Assembly (NCBI GenBank): GCA_051362555.1
Contig: CM120645.1
Coordinates: 15,190,001 to 15,254,000 of the forward strand
DNA: 64,000 nucleotides
Source of the DNA: Lingula anatina
Lineage: Eukaryota; Animalia; Brachiopoda
Direction of reading: 5' to 3'
Below are positions 11,070-24,119 of the stretch, piece after piece. Position numbers and translations under genes: made by a program. Position 1 is the first letter of the stretch. Each line of letters opens with the position of its first letter. The notes under the pieces were generated by a model. The model did no database searches. It was not told the DNA's origin and worked only from the letters and a program-made list of their open reading frames with translations.

Positions 11070-14000
11070 TTATGTAGCTGAGTTGGGAGAAGAGCATGAA
11101 ATGCCGGGCATCGTCTTTGACAGCGAGTCAGCCAACGTATTCCTCAAAAAGTTGGCAAATGCCTCTCCACATTTCTTCGTGGCGAGTTTTACATGGCAAT
11201 TAATGAGGCGGTTCTTGGCCCTGAAACATAAAAAAGCATCGAGACTTAAGAAACCTTTTTTTTTAATGCAGCTAAGGATATCCGACGTTATTTAATAATA
11301 CACATAACAATATTGTTAAGATCGCAATGGGGAACTATTAAGAACTGTGTCGTTATAAATGTATAATGATCAAGCAGTTTTTTTTTTTCTTTTGGATCTT
11401 CTATCCTCTAGTTCATTCTTAACTGTCTTCAACAACTCTTAATTAACCTAAATTTTTAGGGTTTTAATAAGCCGTCTGTGATTTGATAAAAAACGTATTT
11501 ATCATTTTTAGCTTTCAATTTTATCATTTCAAATATTTCTAAATTGTAATATTAAGCTCTTAAATTGGCAAAAACATTAAACACCTTGCACAGAACCTGA
11601 GAATATGATGAAAGTGTAGATATGAAAGGTATGTGACTTTACCGGCAAACAGATGACTGTTTCGCCCTACCCATCATTGCTTGACCTATCAGCATCCCTA
11701 AACGAGTAGTCTTCTGCTTGCACCGCACTCGGGCAGCCACTGTATACCTGCTCATGCATTCCTGATTTTCGAGGATCACTGTAAAATGAAAAAAATCGTA
11801 TTCGATTTTTATGTGTGATAAATACAACGGTAAACAGATAAATAAAAAAAAAACATGGATAGACAAATAAAATTTCCCACAGAGCAACTACTTGCGAACT
11901 ATAATATTATAGATATAAAAATATTGCAGCGGTTTTAGAGGGCATTCTGAACAGCAGACTAACAGATCCGCGGATCAAATATGGCCTACCCACTTGAATG
12001 CTTGTTCCGGAATTAGTTGACTAAGATTCCCATGAGAGTGCTGCTACACTGCTCCTGACAGGGTAAGATGTGCCCATGTGGCCATGTTACCTTGGTCATT
12101 AGTTCTTAGCCAGGGAACTTGACTTAATTATTATTATTATTATTTTTTTTTTTTTTACGATACATTTCAACTGAGCGTGGATTTCCAGTAACGCATATAA
12201 ATCATTTTTATAGTTTCTTATAAAGTCAACGTGCCAAGGAATAAAACGAATCAATCACTCAATCAGCCATAAAAGAGCTTTGAAACTGCTCCTTTTTCAA
12301 ACTTTGTGTCGTTAATTGACCAACTTATCTGACCTACTTATCTACCCCGATCTCTAAAATGCCTATTTCGCTTGATCTAATTTGTGAAAAACAATTTCCT
12401 GGATTATTTTGATTGTTAATTCAAAGCGATCAAAGAATTAAGTATTAATCAATTGAAGGCGGATATTATGTATAGTTAAGCATAATTTGGCCGCAGCAAG
12501 GTTGTCAGTTACATGTAAGTTTACTCGTAAGAAATGAAAAAAAGAGGAAGCGTTATGAAAATAACATTGCTGCTCCTCAACATGTCTTCATAAAGTTGAA
12601 ACACTTCTGCAAGCTGTTTTTCCATTCATAAACTAATATATTGTACAATTTTGAGGGTGTTTTTGGTGACAGGGCTTAAAGGGGCATACAAACTGAGGGT
12701 TCAGTGCTATCATAGTTGTTGAGATGATATGAGAATGGTGTCTACAATTATTGATCTTAAAAATAATCACCAATAGAAAAATTAAGCAATTTTCCCTAAT
12801 ACTTTTTCCCGCCCGTTCATTCCTATGCTTGCCTCTCAGTCACATGAAACGCAAGGTACATGTATGTAACAATCGCGGCATGTCAATTAAGTTTTAGCTC
12901 CCTTTTTCTACATACTAGGCGCGTGTTTGACGTTGAATCTGAAATAAATATTGTTAGAGAGAGAGAGAGAGAGAGACTCACAGTTTCTCTCCTGCGGCCC
13001 ACATGTTGAATTCACAGTGGATTTCAAGCCCTCTACCATTCCTCTGAAAATCCTAGCAACTTCTGGAACACACGAATCTCTGTTTGCTACCTCATCAGCG
13101 CAATCAATAACCCTCGGGTATATGCTAAAGAAAAATAGAAGCAAATAATAAACAGACAAACAAACAGACATGTAGGCTGACAGAAAAACAAACAGACAGA
13201 CAGACAACCAAATATTTAGTATTTAATTAATAGTGCTCCTAAATTTTTCATCTCTGGTTTCTTAAAGTCTGCAAGTAGTTAGATCAGAACCCTCGTTCGT
13301 TCAAGACAAAACAAAACAAAGTAACGAAATTCAAATATTTACTTGCACATTGCTTTCAGGTCTTGCGCTGTATACGTATAATTCTGACTGCCGGTAGACA
13401 TCGCTTCCATAGGTATTCCCTTACTTCGGGCATAATCAGCGAGAGGTTGCAAACACATCTGAATATCTCCTGGGGTGCAAGTTGTTGAATTCCTCACCAC
13501 TGAGAGTTGAAACGGAATAATCAAGACATTTTATAAGGCCTACTCCTTTGAATTTATACTTATTTATTTTTTTAATGGTTATTCATTCACTGAGAGAAAA
13601 AAAAAAGCTTCAACCGATTCTCTCAGAGGCCTCCAGGGTGCTGTATTCCCTTAGAAACTCAATGTTAACCAAAACAGACTCACTCAAGTCCGTTTAAGGA
13701 ATCCAACCTAACGATTTCATTGTTTCAAGCTAGACTCAAGTTTTGAGTCCATTTAAAGACTCACTTTGGCGGGCTTTGCAAGCTTTGAGTCCTTTTAAAG
13801 ACTCACTTTGGCGGTTTTTTTAGTCACGTGATTGGCGGTGATGACAGATCCGTCAGGTACCACGAGGAAGCCTTCACACACGTTTCTTGTTTTGGCAAGT
13901 AAAACTTTTAAGTATTTAACGGTTTTAGACTTAGTATTTTTTTAATTTCCTAAAGTTTCATATCATTGAGTGCTTTAGACCATATTGAGACGATCAGTTA

Positions 14001-16505
14001 TAGACCCATAGCCCTTTTCGGGCCTGTTGCTGTGATATACTGGTAGCAGTAGAAAATCAGGTCATTGTGTTTCTGAAATTGGACCACAGAGGTCAGGCTA
14101 AACTTCCGCTTTTGTGGTCGTGTTTATCTGTTATTATGTTACAGTCTTGTTTTAAAAGATCAGTTCATGTAAAACAGCCTGGGAGCCACCGGTCTGCCGC
14201 TAGGTGGCTTTTAACCAAACCGGAAGTTCAAGAATTTGAATTGGGTGAAATTTTTTGAGATTTGTAGGGTGTCAGAAACGGTGGAATATCTCGGCCTTTA
14301 AGGATATAAAAGTTTTGTTATGTATATTATCATTTTTAAAAGTAAATTGCAAATCATGTCAGATGCTCCTCGAGTTGATTTTAACCCTATTTTGTGGAGA
14401 AAAACGAGTTTGAAACCAAATATTTTACTTAAGCTACAGCGGAAGTTCAACTTTGACTCTAATGCTTGCATTCTTAGAGAACAGGTTCCAATTTCAAATT
14501 ACCAGTAAGCTGTGGCAAATTTATTCAGCTTTCTGTAAATGTAAGCATGTAAGGAACTTTACCTTCATCCAGGAATGGCACAAATCAATTCACACCCGTG
14601 TATGCAAAAAATGTCTTCCTTGCAACAACCGTGTACCAGCCTCGTTTTGACTCAGTACATTCTGTTGGTATTCCGACCTCGTTTTGGTTTTTCCGCCTCT
14701 CATTATTGTCTATATAGTCAAATGAAGCTGGCACAGGAAGAATGGAGGAAAATAAACATTTCATATTTTTTCTTTATAAATAAGCATTTATTTATTATAT
14801 GAGGCTAACCAATAAGAGTTCCTTTTTTATGAAAAAACAAAACAAAAGATACATCAATTCAATTTGCTATATTTTATTTTCATACATGTAATACACGTTT
14901 ATTTGTGGCAAAATTTTTTTTTTATTTTAGCAACACATCAATATGGCAATTATTTTACACTTATTAATCAGTACATACAGTTAACCAACAAACACACCAC
15001 TCCTTTTAAAAACAGGATCAATATTAATAATAATATTATTTTATAAATTTACCTTGGGTCAGCAGTTTTTTTCACCGATACCCAGTTAGTCCTGTACCAA
15101 TCCATACTTGCATTTGAATTATTTTTATAAGTGTAAATTTCTGTCTACAAGGCATGTCATGTATGCAAAAGCTAAACTTAGCATACCTTACCTATGGTGC
15201 ATGGTTCACATATACTGGTAAAATATATGACAAATGTAGTAATACTGATGATCAATAAATATTATTATTAGCAACAGCTAGCACAGCACAAAAATATTTT
15301 TCAGTCTTTAAAAGAATGTCAGAGGTTGTGATGGTGCTCACTGCCACACAGTATTTGGAAATGATAGGTGATTCTGTCATAAAAACTGCAGGCCAAGGAA
15401 TTGGAAAAAGAATTTGTCCTGGTCCCATTCATGTTCTTCAAGCCTAGAAAAATATATGATTAAATATTAAAAAGTTTTACAGGAAAACTTTTGTAATTGC
15501 ATATATCTTTTTACACACACACACACACACAAAACAACAACAACAATACACACTAAAATCAATATAAGTAATAAATCACAATTTTGGTAATTTATTAGGG
15601 AAGCTGGTAACAATTCAATTATCTTAAATAGCACTTTTTACTCTTAAAGTGTATCAGTATAGATAAACAAAGCTCATCATCAGGAGCTGAACTGTGGCAA
15701 ACATGCGTATCTTTAAATCAATTAAGATCCCATTTAGATGAAGCCCTGAAGAGTTTAGGAAATACAAACTAGAGTGTTCACAACTACCATACACTAATTA
15801 TTGTACTGGTACATTTTGTTTCATAAAATAAACAATATTTATAAATTAAAACAAAGGAGGAATTTTGCAAATATAATGTTCTTTTTTCATGAAACAATTT
15901 TCCTTCACAAACTTATAACCCATGTTTTTGCAGGTTTGTGCAGGGGAGATTTTTAACAAAAATAAACTTTTCCTTATAACAAAAATTTGCATTTTGAAAA
16001 CACACAATGTAATACTGGCATTTTATTATGCAAAGTGTTTATCTATTGAAAATGGTCAACCAATGAAGGTTGCAATATGTAATGTAAGAAATAAAACTCA
16101 TTTTAGAGAAAAAAATTTCACTCATGTTGATATCATACATTTGTCTCCTGACAAAGAAGTAAACATGTGAAAAGTTAAAATTTGTTATTCATATATTTGA
16201 AAAGATGCTTGTGATTGTTTTTCAATTTTGTATCTTTCACAAATATAAAAGTTACAAGTGTGAAAATAGTTTCATTGGGTAATTTACAAGCATGTGTACC
16301 CCTACACTCACCCCATGCACACACATGCGGGGCTGATAACAATGCTCTTCACTGACATGCCAGTACCTTAAATTGACTTTCCCATAGTGAATATCCTCTC
16401 TAAGCTTTTTGTTGGGCATGATATATTATTCAATTTATGATAAAATAAAAAATATGTTCAAGATATATTCCAACAGACTTCTGAAAAGCTTCACTATATT
16501 TGGCA

Positions 16506-16553
<48 letters not shown>

Positions 16554-19500
16554 TCAGCTGTGTAATACTGATACCTTATTATGATAGCTTAATATAAGCC
16601 TTTGTACTGTCAATGATCAAGGTCATGGAAAGTAAAAAAAGGTAGATAAACCTATTATTTATTGGACATTCCTGTATAAGTTTAACTCCTTTTCATGGAT
16701 AATATTACATTTTCTGTATTTTTTTTCATCTTACTTAAATCAAAATGCAAAGAAATAGCATGAAAAGGGATTTGCAGAATATCTAAACAATGACTTTCAT
16801 ATCCTCAAAAGTGATCTATCTCCCTCTCATAATATATCTATCTATGCAGAATCAAGTATACTGCATGTCATTTCACAAGCCGTTTCATCTAATAAACACC
16901 AAAACACAAAAAAATATCAGAAGAAGGCAAATTCTCAATATCTTACTGTGACATTCATACAAGACATGAGGCAATACATTCCCCATAGTCACTTTACTGT
17001 GAGCACCACAACCACACACACTGTCATTTCATAAAGTAAATTTAATCTAGTTAACTTCAAAACAACAAGAAATGCATAAAAAGACAAGAATTCATTATTA
17101 AACTTCGACATTCATTCAAGATGTAACACGAGACTGCTGCTGTAGTTACTTGGAACATTGCAAAATATACTGCCTGTCGTACATGTAGAAAATCGATAAG
17201 TTGCAGGATAGGTTCCTTCCTAAAATTTTAACATATTTAAAAACAAATGTCACACTATAAAAAAAACTGAACAGACAAAGAAAAATCACCTTCATCTGCA
17301 TTTGGCACACTTCAAAAGAACGTGTTTACATTTCGGTTCTGTGTGCCGCCATTTTGGAACACGACAGTAACTTGATAAATGATTCAGTGAAACCGATACT
17401 TGAACACTAGTTTGGTATAAAAAATATAGCTTGAGAACATACTTTATCGTTCTGTCAAGTGCATTAGTAAAATTATCAACATATCAGCGTGTAAACGTCT
17501 GTTCATCTTACCTGTCTCTATGCCTGCTCCTCCCGCCAAATTGGATATGGCCGCCGCTTCAAGTTTTGAAAACGAGGCCCAATCTAATATTCTCCAAAAT
17601 AACCGTCATATGAGCCGGTGGCTCCCGGACTGAAAAAGGCTTTCGGTGTTTGATCTGGCTAGCAAGTTTGATATTAAATAACAAGCTAGTTAGGAAAAAT
17701 TACCTTTAATGTTAACATATTATACCATATCAATTTTTAGAATACATTCATATTTTTATCTGTTGAATTTATCTTTAATTAAAATGTTTACTTATTTTCA
17801 GTTATTCAATGAATTCACAAGGCTATCGAAGAAGGATATTAAGTCAGCAATGGCCAAAAACTTGGATTTTTATGAACAAGGTCTTGTCAATTTGCCACAG
17901 CCCAAAGGAAAAGGAGCTTCCATGAGGAGACTCTCTAGTGAACTGCAAGAGGCTAAAGAAGCTATATGGCGTCTGCACGCTCTGATGTTGACAGAAAGTG
18001 TATGTACCATTTAATTTTCAATATTTTAACAGTTCCTTTTGAAATGCTTCCCTCTAAAAAGCCATTGAATTCAATTTCATGGTTTGCATCATTCTTTATT
18101 GTCTCAAAATAAAGGCAAAATAACCTTATAAAAATGTCAGGAGTTTCCGCAAGCCAGGCTAAGGCTGCTTTCTTCTTCAGTGTGATATGGTTTTGCAGAT
18201 TGTGGGTCTAATGATGACATCAAAAAAGTTTGGCAACTTATGCCCGCCCTCATATGGGTTCACAAAACCAGGGGGTTTTAAATCCATATACAGTTATTTC
18301 CTTTTGGGATAATTGAGATGAAAACCTTGAAATTGAACGCTTTAGTGTCCCAATAAAATTATCCTCGGTTGCATTGATCCTGTACTCATAAAATAATGTA
18401 ACTGCTATGAGTTATTTTCACTTGCACATTACTTATATATGCAATGACATATTTATTTTTAGATCCTGCACTTAATCATGAAACAATTCTTTAGACATTG
18501 AAGACTACAGTTAATACATAGTTTACTGCAAATGTAAAGTATATTCATCATTTGTTACATCTCATTAGTAGATGATAATGAGTATATATTTTTCTTTACA
18601 TGTAGATGCTACCTGGTGTGCTGTGTTTGCCGCTTCATTTGAAGGAAGAATGTGGATGCCTGCTTCGAAAATTCAGTTGTCTGGGAGATTCAGTTCAGCC
18701 TATAATTGCTTCCAGTACTCAGGAGACTTTATGTCAAGAGACAAAATTTTACATCTATCTGAAAATGTGAAAACTGTCACAGTTGATTCATTTGTGGATG
18801 TTCCTGGTGGCCACTTATTTTGCCTTTAACATGGCATATTCAACCAACCTTTATGGCACCTGACTTTCATTCAGAAAGTCCTGATTGGGCATACAAATAA
18901 GGTTAAGGTTTTGCCCAAGCAGACTACCTTATTGACAAGAATACATTCATAAACACTATGGAACCATTATTCATTGATAAGTATTCAAACTATTACAGGT
19001 TAGCCAATTTACCGGCTCTTTTAAATTCCTTACACTTAATTTTAGCCAATTTGCCAGCTCTTTTAAATTCCTTACACTTAATTTATTGAGGACCAAAATT
19101 TTTTCTGGCATATCTGGTTATAAGGCTGTATTTTTTTAGGAAAAGTTTCTTGAAAAAAAAATAGATCTGCCTCTGGAGTTCTGAGACACCACTTTGTTCC
19201 TCAAAAAATTGGTGTTCGAGTTTTCAAAAAAATGAGGAATTTAGTTCATGTGACCATGACAAAGACATTGAGTTGTACATGGATGGAAAAGTTTGTCATG
19301 ACTTCTAGTTTTATAAAGTATAAACTTTAAAATGTTGACTCTTATAAGTTAAAACGATATTTTCAAGTAGACTGGTTATAATAAGCCATTCACATTAACT
19401 TAAGATGAATACCAGGGTCAGAGTCTTCAGAAACTTTGTTTCCTTTTGTGTGAATAATGTTTGTATTGTTAGCAGCAAGATGCTGCATCTATGAATAATC

Positions 19501-20895
19501 ATTTCTTTCATATTATATTTTATATTATCTTTTGGAAGCTGTAAAAATTACTTCACATTCTTTCGATTGGAACATGTTTTTTTGGTTGTGTGTTATGGAA
19601 ATATTTTAAGAAAGCATTTATTTTGTTAAAATGTTTCGGTGGCTTAGTGGCTAGATTAGTTAAGAAATTCAACTAAAGGTCGTCCCAGGTTTTGGGACAA
19701 CTGGTCGAGTTAAGTTTTCCAAGAAGAGTTCTATGTTCATGACCATTGTAAATGCAATACATTCATGTTTATCATTTAGGATTTGTTTGTATCTTGATCG
19801 AGGTATTGGATTCCATGGCTATTGCATGCTTTTCTAAAAGAGGATTTGTTAACTTGCTGTTTTTAACTGCAAATAGAAATATTTATCAAAAAAAAAAAAC
19901 ATTTAGTTTATTTTTTGCAACAACTCATTTCAAACTATCACTGTTTTGCTTAAAGTGTTGTATCACTTTGCAAAAGGCTGAAAACACAATTTCATTGAAA
20001 AATTCCCCTTTAAAATAGGACCAGATGAGTCTTTAAATGTCTTCACTAGACTAAAATGATTCCCCTGTAAGCCTCATCTGGAGGCTCTGAAAGGACTAAA
20101 ATTCATAGCTAGAGCCCCTTAAAAGAATCTTTCGAGTCCTTTAAAAGACTCAATCGTCTTGAGTCCCTTGATTCCAGTTGAGTCTCTAAGGGACTCTAGC
20201 TAGCTGGAGTCTCTTTTACATTAAAGGACTCGGAGAAATCCTCAAAGGGACTTGATTTAGGACCCGCTGCTGGAGTCCCTAAAAGACTCAGTATGAGTCC
20301 TTTTTTGCTGTCAGTGTTTCATCAATTCATCCTTTGATCTATTTATCCTTTTATAGGCTACAAATTTATTTCTAAACGATATGTTTCTTTACTCATGTTT
20401 CAGTTTTTAATTAAATAATTGCCTTATCTATAGGCATAGGCCTATATATATGCTGACAATCAGGGGCTGTCGAATTAAACACTCGTCAAATACAATATTA
20501 ACAATGACGCTTATTCGGGAAGAATACGCTTTTCGGTATATTGCGTTAAAAGTTGATCTCGACTTGTAGAAAACACTTTTTGTTTTCTCTTATAAAACTC
20601 TGTAAGTCTAATAAATCACAGGAGATATACATATAAACATATGCCATTTCCAATTTTTGTTCACAAGCACAACTTGCTCATCTTTGATGGACCACAGCCA
20701 AGTAGGCCTACATGTCATTGTAAGCCAAAAAAGATGTAGACTATGGTATTCGGTCCAAAAGTTATCACGACCACTCTTGTACTGGTTGTATATTTTGCTA
20801 AAGGCGAAATTCAAAGAAAACTGGTGGAAACACTTACCCCCAGCATTGCACAACGCAACCAGAAACACGAGGCCGAAAACAGTAGCGGCACCCAT
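11070..20895 (-). CDS. Secreted cysteine-rich protein, 214 aa, two helical Cys-patterned halves (DUF19-like by inference)
   Basis: Exons 20895-20838, 13499-13343, 13124-12982, 11778-11643, 11220-11070 join in frame (645 nt, all GT-AG). Signal peptide MGAATVFGLVFLVALCNAG; C-terminus ..NCHVKLATKKCGEAFANFLRNTLADSLSKTMPGISCSSPNSAT*. Non-coding last exon from 10874, with AATAAA near 10580. Confidence 0.85.
16507..16551. repeat. (TA)n microsatellite
   Basis: Directly visible. Confidence 0.95.
17802..18952 (+). pseudogene. Decayed transposon accessory gene (SAMD3-like C-terminal domain type)
   Basis: Exon-like pieces: LFNEFTRLSKKDIKSAMAKNLDFYEQGLVNL (from 17802), VLCLPLHLKEE (~18618) and ATYFAFNMAYSTNLYGT / frameshift / LTFIQKVLIGHTNKVKVLPKQTTLLTRIHS*. 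From memory this pattern matches uncharacterised proteins carried by animal EnSpm elements. Confidence 0.65.
19000..19083. repeat. ~42-bp tandem duplication
   Basis: TTAGCCAATTT(A/G)CC(G/A)GCTCTTTTAAATTCCTTACACTTAATT twice. Confidence 0.85.
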
Positions 20896-20953
20896 GTTGC
20901 TGTCCCCGTCTATCGTCTGCGGGAACGATTGGGATACAGAAAGATCTCCATCC

Positions 20954-20960
20954 TTTTATA
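20954..20960 (-). promoter_or_regulatory. TATA box of the secreted-protein gene
   Basis: TATAAAA on the minus strand ~60 nt upstream of the ATG at 20895. Confidence 0.65.
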
Positions 20961-23951
20961 CCTTTAAACTAATCATGATTATCCCTCTCGTAATTTCCGT
21001 ATAATTTTGCTCAACTCATTGTGTGAATGTTGAACGCAATTTGAATCCAATTTTCCAGTATTAATAAAATAAAGGGGTAGGTCATAAGAGTTTTTGATGC
21101 CGTAAAATTGTTCTTTTGGATAGTCTCAAACTGTCTCCCATCTTTTAATGATAATAAACTTACGTGGAGAGAAAATGCATATAAAACATGACGTAGATAT
21201 TGTTCCTAAATATGCACGATGCACGTGTGCTTCGGGCTCTAAATCTGAAGGTTGACAAAAACTAGAAATTGCTGATTTTTTTACCTCCATTATTACGTAA
21301 TACATGAACATAATGAAGTTCAGACAGTAGCGACTTCATTATCTTCACCATCCGTTCAGATATTGGTTTAAATTAAACCTAAAACATTTCTGTAATCGAA
21401 AAGGAAATAATGTTCCGCATGAAACGTCAAGTCTGGACATGTCAAATAATTTGCGAATTTCCGACCTGGATTACCGATTAATTTGTGAAAAATTATAGTT
21501 ATCAAGTGGTCTTTTTGATTTCGTCAAAATAATCAAATAATATATTAAGCGTAGAATTAATTTCATAAATCACAGCCTACTCTCCAGCGGTTGAATAGGA
21601 AAGGAGGTTAAAAGGACTGCCGAATTTAGTCTGAAATAGGCTTATTTCGGTTAATTTCAAATTTCAATTTGAAACCAATATCTTGTAGTGATTTTTTGAT
21701 ATCTAAATAAGCCTAAGTGGGACTGCATCGTATAATACTGCATTGCAAGTTTGTTGGGACCTATGGTCTCAAGGACCCCACCAAATTTCATTGAAAAGTT
21801 GCATCAAATCTCAAATCTGTTCTTTTCTCATAATTTCCCCACGGGACCTTTGAAGAAATAGTGTCGAATTTTGATTTCAGTCAAGCGAACGCAGTTTGGA
21901 AAAGGCTTGTCTCATTGCGACAGATGCGCCGCTTCAAGCAAGCAATCGCTGTCACAACAACGCAGGCAGACAGTCAAACGAAAGCGCAACGATCATCGTA
22001 ACTTTTTGTAAACACACACTAATAGGTTAAACAATTTAATAATGATATTTCATACAATTCCACGCTCATGAACGGATGTGTAATAAAATTTCAAATCAGA
22101 ACAAGACGGACGCTGGTTATACGGCAAAAAAGTAAGAAGCAACGAACAAGCAAACAGGATATAATATTTTTTATTACAATGGCTGACTTCTTTCACACAA
22201 TTATTTTTCTATTGATGGAACAGCACCGTCCCTTGCTTGCTATTTCTCTATTGCTTTAAAAAATCATAAAGTTCTTACGTATGATCACAGACTAAATGAA
22301 AATGAGATTCTCATAATAAAAAATGCAATAAGTAGTAGGCTACAACAAAAATGACATTTCCAAGCTGTAAAAAGTCTTTGCACATTATGAACAGTTTTCT
22401 GTACTCTTTTTTTTTATTTTTTGACTAGAGGGATATTTGCAAGGTCCACTGCTACCCAAATACAAAATTTCATAACATATCCAAATAATATAAGACAAAT
22501 TCAAGTAAAGTATTAAAAAACAAAAGAACACATTCAGAATGATATCCATTTATATCAGACATACCTTTCTCATTAATATCTCATACCTTTCTCATTAATA
22601 TCTAGATAGGCCATCAAAGAGCAAAAATCTCTGCTCAAAAAACAAAATAGAAAAAAAAGGCTGCCAAGCACATGATCACATTACAACAAAAACACACTCT
22701 ATAAAAGCCTATAATCACATGGTGCAAAAGCATAAATATAGAGAACTGTATAATAAGCAACAAAATTCTTAAATCTTTTTGTTGCACTTAAACCACTGTT
22801 GATCATTCAGAGAAACCACAGAGGATAACACCTCAATTCACTGCTTTGACTTGTTAGAGGGTTAAAACATACTCTTTTGTATATATAAGAAAAATAATGA
22901 TCTGTAACACACACACAACAACACTTTCTTGAATAATCATTTTTACAACTTTGAATTTATATTTGTTCATTCTCAGATTATATCATAAAATAATTAGATA
23001 CCTATTCAAGACACTTCAAAACCATTGCTCCGATTAAAGCTTTCCAAATATATCCTACTGGTATCACTGTATGAAAAATTAAATAAATAATCAAAAATAA
23101 ATAAAACTTTCTTTTAAAAAGCGAAATCAAATCAAATCTATGTATGTTTTACAGTGTTGTACCAATTTGAGTATGCAAAACGAGAACAGACTCAAAACTA
23201 AATATCTAAATAAATCATTATAAATAATACCTTGTTCTGAAGCGTGCAGAAACCAAATAAACTTTACCCTTCAGAAGGTTCTGAATAATTACACATCTTT
23301 TCACAGCTATCAGAAAGAGGCGATTACCCAATCCATAAAAACGGTAACATTATGTATTCTAGTTTATTCACTTGTCAAAAAATTGCAGCTGTTTATAGGT
23401 GTCGCAACTTACACAGCAATATATTTAGAATAAACTTTCACCTTTTCTATATAAATAATTTTTTTTTTCAAAAAATGAGATTTAAAAACAGGAACAAAAA
23501 TGTTGTAACAACAACGAATATTCAAAACATGTAAAATAAAAATTTCCTAGCCCAGCACTTAAATTTTAATCATAAAAGAACACAAAATATACAAGCAAAT
23601 ATGACGATATTTTGCATATGATCAGTACTTAAAGAAAGCATGAAAATATACCCCATACCACTGATTGTAAAGAATAAATATAAATAAAATAATGCAAAAT
23701 GGTAAACTGACCTTTGTAACAGTATACACATGATAAATACACCAAAACATACAACTCTTATTTCTCTATTTATCACAACATAAAAAAGAAAACACTGAAG
23801 TATTATTTTTTCTTTTAGATCGTAATAAGTCAACAATATAATGTAGCTTCTCTCTCTTGAAATTTAGCTTTTAAATCAGTTGAAAAGCTGACAATCCCAA
23901 GTTGACCAATTTTCCATATAAATCTTACGCAAAACAATAATTAGAACTCTT

Positions 23952-23953
23952 AA

Positions 23954-24000
<47 letters not shown>

Positions 24001-24002
24001 AA
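23952..24002. repeat. (AAAT)n microsatellite in the 3' UTR of the PRRT3/4-like gene
   Basis: Directly visible. Confidence 0.95.
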
Positions 24003-24119
24003 TCCAATTAAAAATAAACAAACAAAAACTTTTCAAATTTATAAACAAAATGGTCTATGTAAAACCACTGGTCAAACATTAACGAGACGTATAGTAGTCC
24101 AGGTTCTAGCCTTATACAA

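Larger units (their letters stand above)
13588..20316. mobile_element. EnSpm/CACTA (CMC)-type non-autonomous DNA transposon, 6.7 kb, in intron 1 of the secreted-protein gene
   Basis: TIRs CACTGAGAGAAAAAAA / CACTGACAGCAAAAAA (14 of 16 match) and a 2-bp TSD TT. Dense subterminal GAGTC/GACTC repeats at 13670-13810 and 20020-20300. No transposase recognised. Confidence 0.85.

Noticed and set aside
11980-12150. Possible SINE/LINE 3' end before a (TTA)n-poly(T) tract
   Set aside because: No second copy in the window and no diagnostic motif; left unannotated.
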